DNA of 64,000 nucleotides from Lingula anatina. Lineage: Eukaryota > Animalia > Brachiopoda. How positions within the stretch are numbered: position 1 is the first letter of the stretch; every line of letters starts with the position of its first letter. The stretch lies in the NCBI GenBank assembly GCA_051362555.1, contig CM120644.1, forward strand, positions 23,272,534-23,336,533. Reading direction: 5' to 3'. Positions 49,106 to 60,115 of the stretch are shown here, in pieces. A model generated the notes under the pieces. It worked only from the letters and a program-made list of their open reading frames with translations, was not told where the DNA came from and did not search any database. A program made the translations under genes and the position numbers.

Positions 49106-51827
49106 TATACATATATATATTACCTGCATAATTTACCTCCATAATTATCACTGCTTCCTTATTATTAATCTAGCAGAGAGCTTAACCTTTGGGAGTTTAC
49201 AGGGAGATATCAACAAGTGTGCTTTATGTAATCTCATTTAATGGCCTATTAATAATCAATTAGGCAAATTACTTTATAACTCAGAGCTAAGCTAAGTGAT
49301 ACCCAAGGGAAATTTACAGACTGACCCTCTCAAAGACCCTTCAGGCCCATAAGTCACATCTTAAGAAAAGCACAAAACAATAATGCACAAAATAGGAGAC
49401 TACCAATTCTGATGAAATGATACATTATGTTTAACTGCAAAGTCAACATCATATTTTAATTATGCACAGCAGGTAACACCGACCAAAGTAAAAGCATAAG
49501 GCTTCAGGCCCATCAGAGTTCAAGTTTATACTTAGAAAGTGCCAGAATAAAAAAATGAAAATTTCACACAAAATTGCATAAATTCAATAATAAACGATAA
49601 CCCAATTGACCTAGCTTTCTAATTTTAACTGCATGCCAATCCTAAAAATCATTCTCATAAGTTAAAAATAATAATAAGTAACACAGTTTTCTTTTCATAA
49701 TGTTTGCAGTAGCAGTGCAAAAAGATTATTGCAAATTTTGATGTAACATTGCATAATAAATTATAGAATAATTATCACCAATTTTTGATTATTGATTACA
49801 AATAGCATGGACATGTAGAAAATTTGATTACCATTCGGCTTCATGTCCATGGGAGCTCCGAGTCCCACAATGAATATGCCAAAAAGTTAATGAATATTTC
49901 ACTCAAATGTATAACTTCCAGAAAAAGAAGCCAATTAGACTGCTTTTCCAACTCAGGCTGCATTTTAGTACAGTGTTTCTTTTTTTAAGGTTTGACAGTC
50001 ATAAGTAACACGGTTTTCCCATCATGGTCATCATGGCAGCAGCACCAAAAATTGTGTTTTCTTCTATTTTGAAGCAACATTACATAATGCTTAACAGCAT
50101 ATATGACCATCAATTTTTATTTAATAGAATATTAGTAACATGGACTTTCAGAAAACATGACAAGCAAAGGTCTTCAGAATCACCTTGGAAATGCCAATAA
50201 GTGAAAAATTAAATTTTCACAAAAAACTGTTTAACTGCCAGAAAAAATTACCAAACAGACTGCATTGCCTACTGAAGCTGTATTTTAGACCCATATTTCT
50301 TTCCTGTAAGTTTGATAACAGTAAGTGACATGATTTTCTTTAAATGGTCATCATGGGAGCAGTGCCCAAAATATGGGTTTCTTCGAATCTTGATGCAATA
50401 TTACATAATGTTTAACAGCATAATGACCATCAATTTTTAATCATAAAATATTAGTATCATGGATATTCAGAAAATGTGACTAGCAAAGATCTGCAGGCTC
50501 ATGGAACTTCAAAGTCACATCTTAAAAATGCCAAACTGTAAAAAAGACAGCACTGTTCTGAAATGGGTTTATTTCCATTTTAACACTTTTTAAACAAAAC
50601 AAAATAAACAGTATACTTCCATTTTTATATGACGAACTTAGAAAATTGATGAAATGGGAAAATATCAATAGAGCAGTGTTAAATGTCCAATTTCCTCCAT
50701 TCTGAGATTCTGAACATAGTTGATGATTGAATCTAAAAAACTGCAATATGATATGATATGAGTTTATTTCCATTTTTGACACTTTATTACACAATACACG
50801 ATATCAAGTTTACCATCATTTTTACATAATCAACTAACAATGTTGTAAAGATGCAGGAAATATCAAACAAACACTTTTACGTATCTTATTAGTTAAATAA
50901 TGAGACTGTTAACATGCTTAAGAATTGAATCTGAGGAAATGTGAAAAAACAGCATAACTTCTAAAATAATGGCCAGATTATGCTGATTTTCCAACTCAAC
51001 CTGCATTTTAGTAAGATTGACCATTCCTGTAAGTATAATGACAATTGGCTTATCTGTTTTTCTTATATAGTGTTATCAGTGTTGCATATATGTTGAAAAA
51101 AAGTGAAAAAATAGCATAACTCCCCTAAAAATGGCTTGATCATGCTGATTTTCGAACTTGATCTGCGGATTATGAATCTTCATCAGTTTTGTAAGTTTGA
51201 AGCCAAAAAGTAAAAAACGGTTTTCCACTTATCGTGTTATCGGTGCTGCATATATGCTGAAAAAAGTAAAAAAAAAAAACAGCATAACTTCCCTACAAGT
51301 CACCCGATCATGCCGATTTTCGAACTTGACCTGCGTATTATGAATATTTATCAGTTCTGTAAGTTTCAAGCCAAAAAGTAAAATGGTTTTCCACTTATCA
51401 TGTTATCGGTGCTGCATTTATGCTGAAAAAAGAGAAAAAATAGCCTAAATTCACTAAAAATGTCCCAATCACGCTGATTTTCGAACTTGACCTGCGTATT
51501 ATGAATATTCATCAGTTCTGTAAGTTTCAAGCCAAAAAGTAAAACAGTTTTCCACTTATCGTGTTATCGGTGCTTAATTTATGCTGAAAAAAGTGAAAAA
51601 ACAGCATAAATTCCCTATAAGTGACCCGATCATGCTGATTTTCGAACTTGACCTGCGTATTATGAATATTCATTAGTTCTGTAAGTTTTAAGCCAAAAGA
51701 AAAAACAGTTTTCCACTTATCGTGTTATTGGTAAAAGTGCATGGCGACGGCGACGACGGCCACGACGGCGACGACAGACGCAGATGACGGCTATATGTAC
51801 AGACACATCTGTGTCTGTACATAAAAA
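45921..51827 (+). mobile_element. Helentron-associated (HINE-like) non-autonomous element with a ~2.5-kb internal duplication and ~161-bp tandem repeats
   Basis: Starts aacaaggcagc...atgtacagaca (repeated at 48457). Ends with a (gacggc)n microsatellite, the perfect hairpin tatgtacagacac-atct-gtgtctgtacata and an A tract. The 5' atgtacagaca matches the hairpin arm. Confidence 0.75.
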
Positions 51828-52329
51828 CTATATTTAAAGAACGTAAAACATGTTACACATGGCCCTCAATACAAGCAGTGAACGAAGTTTTTAAACAAAC
51901 AAATGACAGACGAAAACATTGCTTCCATACTATGTAACTACAGAAGGCAAAAAAATTAAATCAAGTACATAAAGCTAGCAAACAGATCAATAAATAAAGT
52001 AGATGAAAAATAAAGTTGTATGGAAAGCTGTATAGACTTTACCATCTAACCCAATGCAGTACTCAACATGACAGTAGTAATATAAATTTTTCCACAAAAA
52101 ATTTCCACAAATCTCATTGCGTCTTACAGTAAGTAAATTAAATTAATATGAACACTGACAAAAATTATATTGAAAATACAAAGAAAGTAATAATCTCATA
52201 CAGCAACAACACTAGGTTAAAAAATATCAGACAGTAAAAAATATAAAAGATATGTGTCTTTAAAAAATTGTTTAAAAAAATACGTCTTGGTTTGTCCTGA
52301 TTCTACACAGAGCTTATTCCCGAGTTTTA

Positions 52330-52668
52330 GACCCCATTCCCAGAGATTAGGGGCGTATTCCCATAGATTTTAGATCGATCTATCCCCGTGGGGAGTCTCA
52401 GCTATTTAGCGTGAACCCCCAGGGAGTTAGGTCGATCTAGTTTGGACCGATCTAATTTCTGGGAATGGGGTTTAGATTGATCCAACTAGATCGACCTAAC
52501 TCCCTGGGGGTTCACGCTAAATAGCTGTCAGCCGAGCGGGCACGAAAGTTAATTACCCCCTTACAGCTTGTTGTAGGCGGGTCGGACATTTAAGCCGGAT
52601 TATCTGACAGTAATCTAGTGAAACTCCCCACGGGGATAGATCGATCTAAAATCTATGGGAATGCGCCC
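52330..52668. mobile_element. MITE family A, copy 4, with a nested inverted deleted copy (52351-52472)
   Basis: Outer TSD tta/tta. Inner gggcgtattccc...gggaatggggtt flanked by tag/tag. Confidence 0.88.
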
Positions 52669-52823
52669 TTAGAGCATATAACTCAAATGCACGGCCTCCG
52701 TTACACATACGTATACCTCTGTTTCACACCAAGTGAAAAATGTAAAATCTACCTGTCGCAGAACTACTTTCATCATCATATCAGAGATACCCATACTAAT
52801 ATTAAAACTTTGAAAAGCCATGC

Positions 52824-54164
52824 CTACGTTGGTGTAATCAGTGAATACTTTTTATCGACCTGAAGCATTTTATAAATTCGATCACATGCCACGGTGGGAT
52901 TTTTCTCGCCAAATATGGGGAATCCATGCGATTTGTAATACGACAACAATCGGTTCACATCCTGGTAGTGTCTTTCTTGGGCCTTCATACAGCCCGGGTG
53001 CCAGGTCCAGTCGGTGAACTCAAAATTAAACAGGTCTCTTTGAATGACGCTCCTACTGAAAAATCTACAGTGATTCGGGCACATTTCGAAGCCACCGGAA
53101 TAGCAAATCCCCATCAGAAGAGCTTGAGGGTAGTAAGTTTCCCTGTCGTACGGTGTTTTCAACAGTTCCTGTTTGGGTACTGTCTGATATTTCCAATGCA
53201 TTGAAGTTCTAGCGATGGGGGATAGTTCCTCCGTCGTAAAATTTTCTTTGTAAGTTTTGAGAGGTGCTCTCCCGGGGAGTTCGGCTTTGAAGTCTCCGTT
53301 TGGGCGCATTTGGATGCGAAAGATGTATTCCTTGCGATGGAGAGTGTATATACACTGACACATTATGCTGAATTGAGAAAAGAGATTGTCGACTGATATT
53401 TCTTTAATGATTGCATCGAAAGATTTCTTATGTAACCGCTCCAAGTAATGGCGACATTCAACAACATGTTTTACTTTTATGATGACAGGAAAGTATGACA
53501 TGCATTTCATGACTTCTCCAGTCCCGAATAAATTGTAATGCTTCATTGTTGTCATTCCCCATTCTTTCGTCAGAAACTGGCCAATGACGCCGACCACGAT
53601 AGGTTTGCCGTCTCTGAAAAGGTCTTCCGGCGTAACAACCGTAACGAACAGAGTGTCTGTATCCACGTAGCCAACGTACTCGGCCTTGGTGTAATTTTCG
53701 GGATAAAACATCGACCGCTGCATACGGCTTGGCCCTCGATGGTTGTATATTTCTGGGTAGGGGTCTTCAAAGAAAACCTTCGGAAAAGGCGGGCTGTCTC
53801 TTATCGTTGCTTCCAACGCATGGTCCTCTTTCGATTCATTGTCTAAGATAACCATCACACGAATATGACGCGGCCAGAAAAGCATCAAGCTGGGTTTGAA
53901 GATCTTCTCGTAAAGATGATGGTGTTTGTGGTACATGCGAAGGAACAGTTCAAGCGTCGGAACAGAGTCCCAGACACCTGGGATATTGGAGTTAGACCCG
54001 CTAGCACTAGTACCTGCCGGCGCCCCTTCATCCACGACGTGGCTTGGTCCTCCGGAGAGACTTTGGAGCGGGGGCGTTGTTTTCTTATGCATTGTTATTA
54101 ACAATACCATAATGCCCCCTATCGCCACACCGATACATAATCTTATTAGTAGCGTACTTCTCAT
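52824..54164 (-). CDS. Intronless type II membrane protein with DxD motif, putative GT-A fold glycosyltransferase-like
   Basis: 446-aa uninterrupted ORF with an N-terminal hydrophobic anchor (LCIGVAIGGIMVLLITM), a Ser/Gly/Pro stem, YVGYVDTDTLF and several Cys in the lumenal part. Confidence 0.8.
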   Translation of the reverse strand: MRSTLLIRLCIGVAIGGIMVLLITMHKKTTPPLQSLSGGPSHVVDEGAPAGTSASGSNSNIPGVWDSVPTLELFLRMYHKHHHLYEKIFKPSLMLFWPRHIRVMVILDNESKEDHALEATIRDSPPFPKVFFEDPYPEIYNHRGPSRMQRSMFYPENYTKAEYVGYVDTDTLFVTVVTPEDLFRDGKPIVVGVIGQFLTKEWGMTTMKHYNLFGTGEVMKCMSYFPVIIKVKHVVECRHYLERLHKKSFDAIIKEISVDNLFSQFSIMCQCIYTLHRKEYIFRIQMRPNGDFKAELPGRAPLKTYKENFTTEELSPIARTSMHWKYQTVPKQELLKTPYDRETYYPQALLMGICYSGGFEMCPNHCRFFSRSVIQRDLFNFEFTDWTWHPGCMKAQERHYQDVNRLLSYYKSHGFPIFGEKNPTVACDRIYKMLQVDKKYSLITPT

Positions 54165-54315
54165 GACTGTACATGTGGTTTCATTTCAAAACCAGCAGAG
54201 CGTTTTTTGTAGCAATACCTGAGTACACCAGTCGAAAAGTCACTGCAAATTATAAACAGATCGCTAGATGTCCACCTTTCCAAAGAGAATGTTGACACGG
54301 CTTACACACTTCGGG

Positions 54316-54545
54316 GGTCACCTTGACTGGTCGGTGAACGGGTGTCGTAAAATCGTCCTATTATTAATAAACCGGGTGCATCAACCTGAAAAAACTATAA
54401 TAAAATAACTGTCATTCTATTATGCCAAAGCACATTTTAAAAACACCAAATTCGATAGCAGCATTGAAAACGTAATAATAAAATAATCATTTGGTTATCT
54501 TACGACACTCGTTTACTGACAAGTCAAGGTGAGCGTCAAGGTGAC
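54316..54545. mobile_element. Small TIR element
   Basis: caccttgactggtcggtgaacgggtgtcgtaa / ttacgacactcgtttactgacaagtcaaggtg. Confidence 0.7.
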
Positions 54546-55232
54546 GACCGCAACAACAACAACACTGGGTTAAAAATATCAGACAGTAAACCTAAAACAC
54601 GGAACAGCGGAACAACGGAACAGCGGAACAGACTATAATGCGGAACATTGTTACTGTGGAACACACGACGCAGGAACGGAACAGCATAAAAGACGGAACG
54701 TTTAATTGTTGTGACTGCTGGCTTGCGGAACCAACAGTGCGGAACGGCCTTAGAAAACAAACGCTCCAATAACAACCAAAGAAAATTGTGACGTCACAGA
54801 TAACTTAGACTATTAATAAATTTACAATTACAAGTAAACAAGAAAATATTTTTACTAAATAAAAATATCAAAATTATAAATATGCGTCAGCTCATTGTTT
54901 TTTATCAATAAATTCCTGAAATTACATTAGTTTTTATTTCAATGGTGATTAATCTTTTATCGTAGCAAATTAAACCCTACCATTGTATAAGTCATAGACG
55001 TTTGAGAGTGTATAAAGTGGCTAAATTACAGCGAATAAGGAAAGGATGATGTGTTTTCTATCTCACCCCACCAATACTCACTACTGTCTTTTATGTTTCT
55101 TTTCTCTTTTCAATAAAAATTAGAGATATTTGTTGTTTGTTTTCCTATTTGCAAACTGTGGAGTCTACGTCATAATCGCTATCACCATAATGCTACAATA
55201 GCACTAGCAGCGGCAACGCTTAGAGATGCGCG

Positions 55233-55690
55233 ATGGCGCAGAGAATGGTTGATACAATATCTGAAAAAAACGCCCCGCTAACAACAGATAAAGTGTGTCG
55301 ACTATTTAATCACACTGAGAAAGTGGACGTCATTCCGTTTCGACCAAAAGGAGGACAAACATTTGTTTTCAAAGCCAATTCGGAGGCGGAAAAAGAAGAC
55401 TGGAGGGCAGACGGCCATAGGTGGACAAACGGCAGTTCTAAAAAATTACCTAGGAAACAACCATTATACAAAAAATCATACTTTTATGCAAAGGGTGCAG
55501 ATGGAAAAGCCACCGTCATGCAGTTGTCCACTGAAAGATGGGTGCGTGCACCTTATGGCAGTGCCCATGAGCATCAATTTGCCATTAGAGAAATCAGGCC
55601 TCAAAAACTTATCAACTGTCAGGAAAAACGCAAGAGGGCCGAAAAGAGCAAAGCCTGGAAGGAAAAAACCTCGGGTGGGTGATGTATGTG
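55233..55690 (+). pseudogene. Transposase remnant: CG-1-like DNA-binding domain joined out of frame to a SWIM finger
   Basis: PFRPKGGQTFVF...EDWRADGHRW, then in another frame CSCPLKDGCVHLMAV...KRAKPGRKKPR. Confidence 0.72.
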
Positions 55691-56047
55691 ACACCGGAAC
55701 GGAACACTTAGCTCTAGACGCGGAACAACAGAACAACTACCACGGAACGGAACACATAGACATCGCCCACGGAACGGAACACTTAACTCTGGACGCGGAA
55801 CACAGAGACAACGGCTACGGAGCGGAATACTTAACTCGGGACACGGAACAACGGAACAATGACCACGGAACGGAACGGAACACATAGACATCGACCACGG
55901 AACGGAACACTTAACTCGGGACACGGAACAACGGAACAATGACCACGGAACGGAACACTTAATTAACTCTGGACCACGGAACGGAACACTTAACTCACAC
56001 AGACATCGACCACGGAATGGAACACTTAACTCTGGACGCGGAACACA
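55690..56047 (+). repeat. Degenerate coding tandem repeat (HGTEHLTLDAE-like) built on cacggaacggaacac
   Basis: Repeated units read directly. The reading frame breaks near 55885. Confidence 0.85.
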
Positions 56048-56862
56048 TCGATGAAAGTTTTCAAAGGGACATCAGCTACAGCAGAGAAGTGTGGATCCCG
56101 GCTGACAGGAATATTATTAAAGAAAATTTGAACGTCAGAGACCGCGACATAATCACTGACCCTTGCGGTTGGCTAAATGGAACCATCATCGACGCTTGTC
56201 ATGATATAATTAAATATCAATTCCCGCTTCTAGAAGGACTCAAGTCATGTGCTCTGGCAGTACAGCTAGATTTCAAGCGTCACAAAAATCAATTCATCCA
56301 AATTATAAACCGAACACCAGACCGCGGTACACACTGGCTCACAGTATCAAACATTGGGTGTGCCCCAGATACAGTTAATATATGCGATTCCTCTTTCAGT
56401 GACATTCCAACTGTGGAACAAATGTGCATTGCGTCATTAATAGCACCATCGTCTGCAAGAACTCTACAAATTAACGTTTTGGACGTAACGCAACAAAACA
56501 ACAACTATGATTGCGGTCTGTACGCAATAGCAAATATGGTTGCCTTGGCGCATGGTAAAGATCCCACAAACATGAAGTATGACAGTAAAAAACTGCGTTC
56601 ACATTTATTTTTTTGTTTAGAAAGACGACATCTTTCTCTTTTTCCGATAACAAGCAGACGTAAAATTAAAAATCCTATCAAAAATTCGGTCGCGGTAAAT
56701 TTATATTGTAATTGTAAATTACCAGATACACATACCCTCTATGTCATCTGTGACGGGTGCAATGAGGAATATCATCCTCAGTGTATAGGACGCAGTGACG
56801 AGGACGCATTGAATGAAGAACGAATGTATTGCACAGAATGCAGAAAAAGACAACAACAATAA
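56017..56862 (+). CDS. Ulp1/SENP-like (C48) cysteine protease plus PHD finger, transposon-encoded
   Basis: WLNGTII, THWLTVS (His), ICDS (Asp), QQNNNYDCGLYAIA (Gln/Cys), then YCNC...ICDGCNEEYHPQC...YCTEC. Confidence 0.85.
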   Translation: MEHLTLDAEHIDESFQRDISYSREVWIPADRNIIKENLNVRDRDIITDPCGWLNGTIIDACHDIIKYQFPLLEGLKSCALAVQLDFKRHKNQFIQIINRTPDRGTHWLTVSNIGCAPDTVNICDSSFSDIPTVEQMCIASLIAPSSARTLQINVLDVTQQNNNYDCGLYAIANMVALAHGKDPTNMKYDSKKLRSHLFFCLERRHLSLFPITSRRKIKNPIKNSVAVNLYCNCKLPDTHTLYVICDGCNEEYHPQCIGRSDEDALNEERMYCTECRKRQQQ

Positions 56863-58499
56863 TAATAATAACTCAATATAACGCATTGAAACAAGAAATA
56901 ATATATTGGCGTTCAAATTTTTGTTTAATTATATGCAGGAAAAGAAGACAACAACAACAATAATAATAACTCAATGTATTCATATTCGTCTTGTTTTTCT
57001 TTTACCACTAAATAAATAATATTTCCTCGTTCCACAATGTATTTGATACACGTTCCGCTTTTTACTGTATTCCGCATTTTAGTCTGTTCCGCTGTTCCGT
57101 TGTTCCGGTGTTCCGTCTTTTAGGTTCTGCCCGAGCGAACCGGTTTTGGACGTAAAGAAGATGATGTTTGTGGTACATGCGAAGGAACAGTTCAATCGTC
57201 GGAACAGAGTTTATTAGTGATTATTAGAGCGGAAATATAAACGTTGGACTCTGTGAAGCGTCACGGCCCAAACAGAGTCAAGATGGCAGCAGCAGGTAGG
57301 CCCTATCAGGGGGTGGAAACGCGCTACTTATATGGTTATGACGAGCCTAACCGTCAGCACCGGATATTAGTTTGTGACCTTGAGGGGCAATTAGGCTTGG
57401 TCTTTGCGGCACGCGCGAACAGTAGTCGATCTACCACACCTGGGTCTTTTGTGTTTGACAACTGTTCACTCGTCAACGAGGTGCTTGTTCTAGACTACAG
57501 ACTGATATCTACTAGTACTACCAGTGGCTTCATTAGTAACGTTCCCACAATACATGGTTTACTGTCTGTGCGTAGCCTACATACCCTGAATTCGGTTAGC
57601 CTCACTGACGTAACGAGAACAATGGACGTTTCTGACCCCTCTCTAGGATTACCCCTGGCCCTATACCACAGGCCACAGAATTTAATGGCTCATTCCCCTT
57701 GAAACCATCAATGTCGGTCTACGTAGATCGTTCGGTATTTTTGTAGTATACCCCCCCCCCCCCACCCTGTAACTTTCTGTAACTTTCACTTTTCAAACAG
57801 TCTTTTACATTTTCTTGTTCATCTATGTCAAAGCTGTTGAAATAATTGCTTTTGTAATTACCTGTGGTCTTTTTATTAGTTTTAATCACATTTAATCCAG
57901 CCCATTGAAATACAATGTGAAAATCTACAATACACCCGCAGTCAATAACTTGCCGCGTTTTCGTTGGCTAACTCTAAGGTAATTTTATGTCTCCTCAAAT
58001 CTGACGTTCCACTGTCATAATTAATTCATTATGGAAATTTAAAAAGAAGCTGGGTAATGAGGAACATGGACCCCTACAACCAGTTCATCTCTTCAGAACT
58101 CTTTTCCATGTGAAAAAGATCAGAAACGAAAGAAAGGATTATTTAATAGTTTTATATGGCAATCAATAGAAATAAAAGAATAACGGGGCATGTAAGAGTT
58201 CAAATTTATCTATATTTGTGTTTGAAAAATGAACTGAAAAAATTGACCTAAAAAGGACTAGACTTTTTCCCACCTGTTTCTTCTGTACACCATCTCGGCT
58301 CATAAAATGTCTATAACAATTATCTCGATTTTCTTGTGTTACACTCATACATGATTTGAAAATAGGATTTATGTCCAACAGAATGGTAAATTGTGTCCGA
58401 TATTTAAGGCTGGCGATGTACTGTTTACAGTATCATCTCATAGCACTCAAAAATGTGACACGGGTGCAAACGGCTGAATTACGTTGTGAGTCTCAGCAA

Positions 58500-59015
58500 C
58501 CACAATGAACAGGCTCTGCACCATATTTTGGTGATGATCCATTAATTCATTTATTAATTAATTGTTTAATAAGTTTATTTATTACTTAGCTATTAACAGA
58601 TTTTGTTGAAATTTACAGGATAGGTCACAAATGGGCAAAGGAAGAAATGGTTGGATTTTGGTTGTGTTCCATTAATTAATTACTTGAAAATTAAATTTCC
58701 AGGATAGCTCACAAATGGACAATGGAAGAAGATTTTGGTAATGATCCATTTATTTATTATTTAATTAATAAATTAATCGATCATGGAACTCCGCAAGGAC
58801 AAATAATTTAGTATTAATTAATTAAGAATACTGAATAATACTAAATTATGTCCTTGCGGAGGTTGCGCTCTCTGGTTTTCTTCTGCTCAGGTGCATATTT
58901 TAGTATTAATCAATTTATAATACTAATACTTAATTAATGATACTTTATAATACGCAATTATTTGTCCTTGCGGGGGTTGCGCTCTCTAGTTTTCTTGCAC
59001 TGAGATGCATATTTT
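58500..59015. repeat. HINE-like repeat end with long hairpin and local duplication
   Basis: ctccgcaaggacaaataatttagtatta ... taatactaaattatgtccttgcggag inverted pair (58788-58864). gtccttgcgg.ggttgcgctctct occurs twice. Confidence 0.6.
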
Positions 59016-59678
59016 GGTGTTTGATTTTTTTCTTCCGATGTGTAGACATATCAAAGTTTGCACACAGTTTTACAGAGCGTTGTTTTCAGTCGTTAGCGTT
59101 TTTTTTTTTTTTTTTTTTTTTTTTTTTGTAATGTTTTAGCCATAAATAAAATCCTCATTTCAGTTACATCCACTGTTAGCTAGACGAAATGGTGACAGGG
59201 CATAGTCAAGCATTTTACACAAAACGCGACAAAACTGCATTCTCAGAGAAAGTAATTTGCAGAATCTTTTGTAAAAATATACTTGAGGTTGAGTACAAAT
59301 TGTGTCAGTAAAATAACCATGCATCTCGTAATAGCCCTTAGCGCAGTTTGATTTTTCTTAGTATTAATATCGTGCAAATATTACACAAAAGGCGTGATAT
59401 TTTTAAAATTTCTTTCATAAAACCTTCGTTTCTCTTCGCACTCCCCGCACTAGCAGGGCATGGATTTTAAACTTTTCTTGGATTGGCATGCGCACAAAAA
59501 GCTATATTTATCACTTTCTGTCTCCAGAGTTAAAAAAAAAAAGGAGAAATCGCGCTTATATTTTTAACTTCATTTTTTCCTTTTTTTTTTTCAAATGAAC
59601 TTAAGCCTATATATATATTGAGTATCAGTAAATATGTATATAATATGTCTTTATTCAGGTGCGCAGCTTTTAAGTGTG

Positions 59679-59718
<40 letters not shown>

Positions 59719-60115
59719 GGGGAGGGGGCAAACCATGTGAGGGAATATAAGCGACGGAGGAGGGGGTCCGTTGGTCCCACTGCTTCCTACGCCTATATGT
59801 AGGCCCTAAACGTTACCACAAAGCCGCGTGCTAAGCGCACAATAACAATCACGAGCTTTGTTAAATATTAACACTTCTAAAAATGCACTGACCGAATTAC
59901 AGTGATAAATACGTCATATCGTCCGTTGTCTATTTGACTTTGCCAAATCTTTATCGGCCCCTTAACATCGTCTTACGCCCTCTTCCTAACTTTACTATCA
60001 GCGACAGCTCACGTAAACAACGAACCCGCCTGACTCTAGATCTGGTACGGTGTTGAGTTTAAAACGCTCTAGTCAAAGCAACAAGTCGCATTCATTGACA
60101 GCGCCCAACGTAAGC

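Larger units (their letters stand above)
54589..57132 (+). mobile_element. MULE-like DNA transposon, internally deleted, with cggaac-rich TIRs
   Basis: ~60-bp inverted termini (aacctaaaacacggaacagcggaacaacggaacagcggaacagacta.aatgcggaa vs 57070-57132). Carries CG-1-like, SWIM, Ulp1 and PHD coding pieces. No DDE core seen. Confidence 0.78.

Noticed and set aside
52926-54222. Several plus-strand ORFs overlapping the 446-aa gene
   Set aside because: Antisense shadows of a real CDS with no recognisable motifs.
57244-57702. 152-aa ORF
   Set aside because: No domain signature or convincing composition, so not supportable as a CDS.
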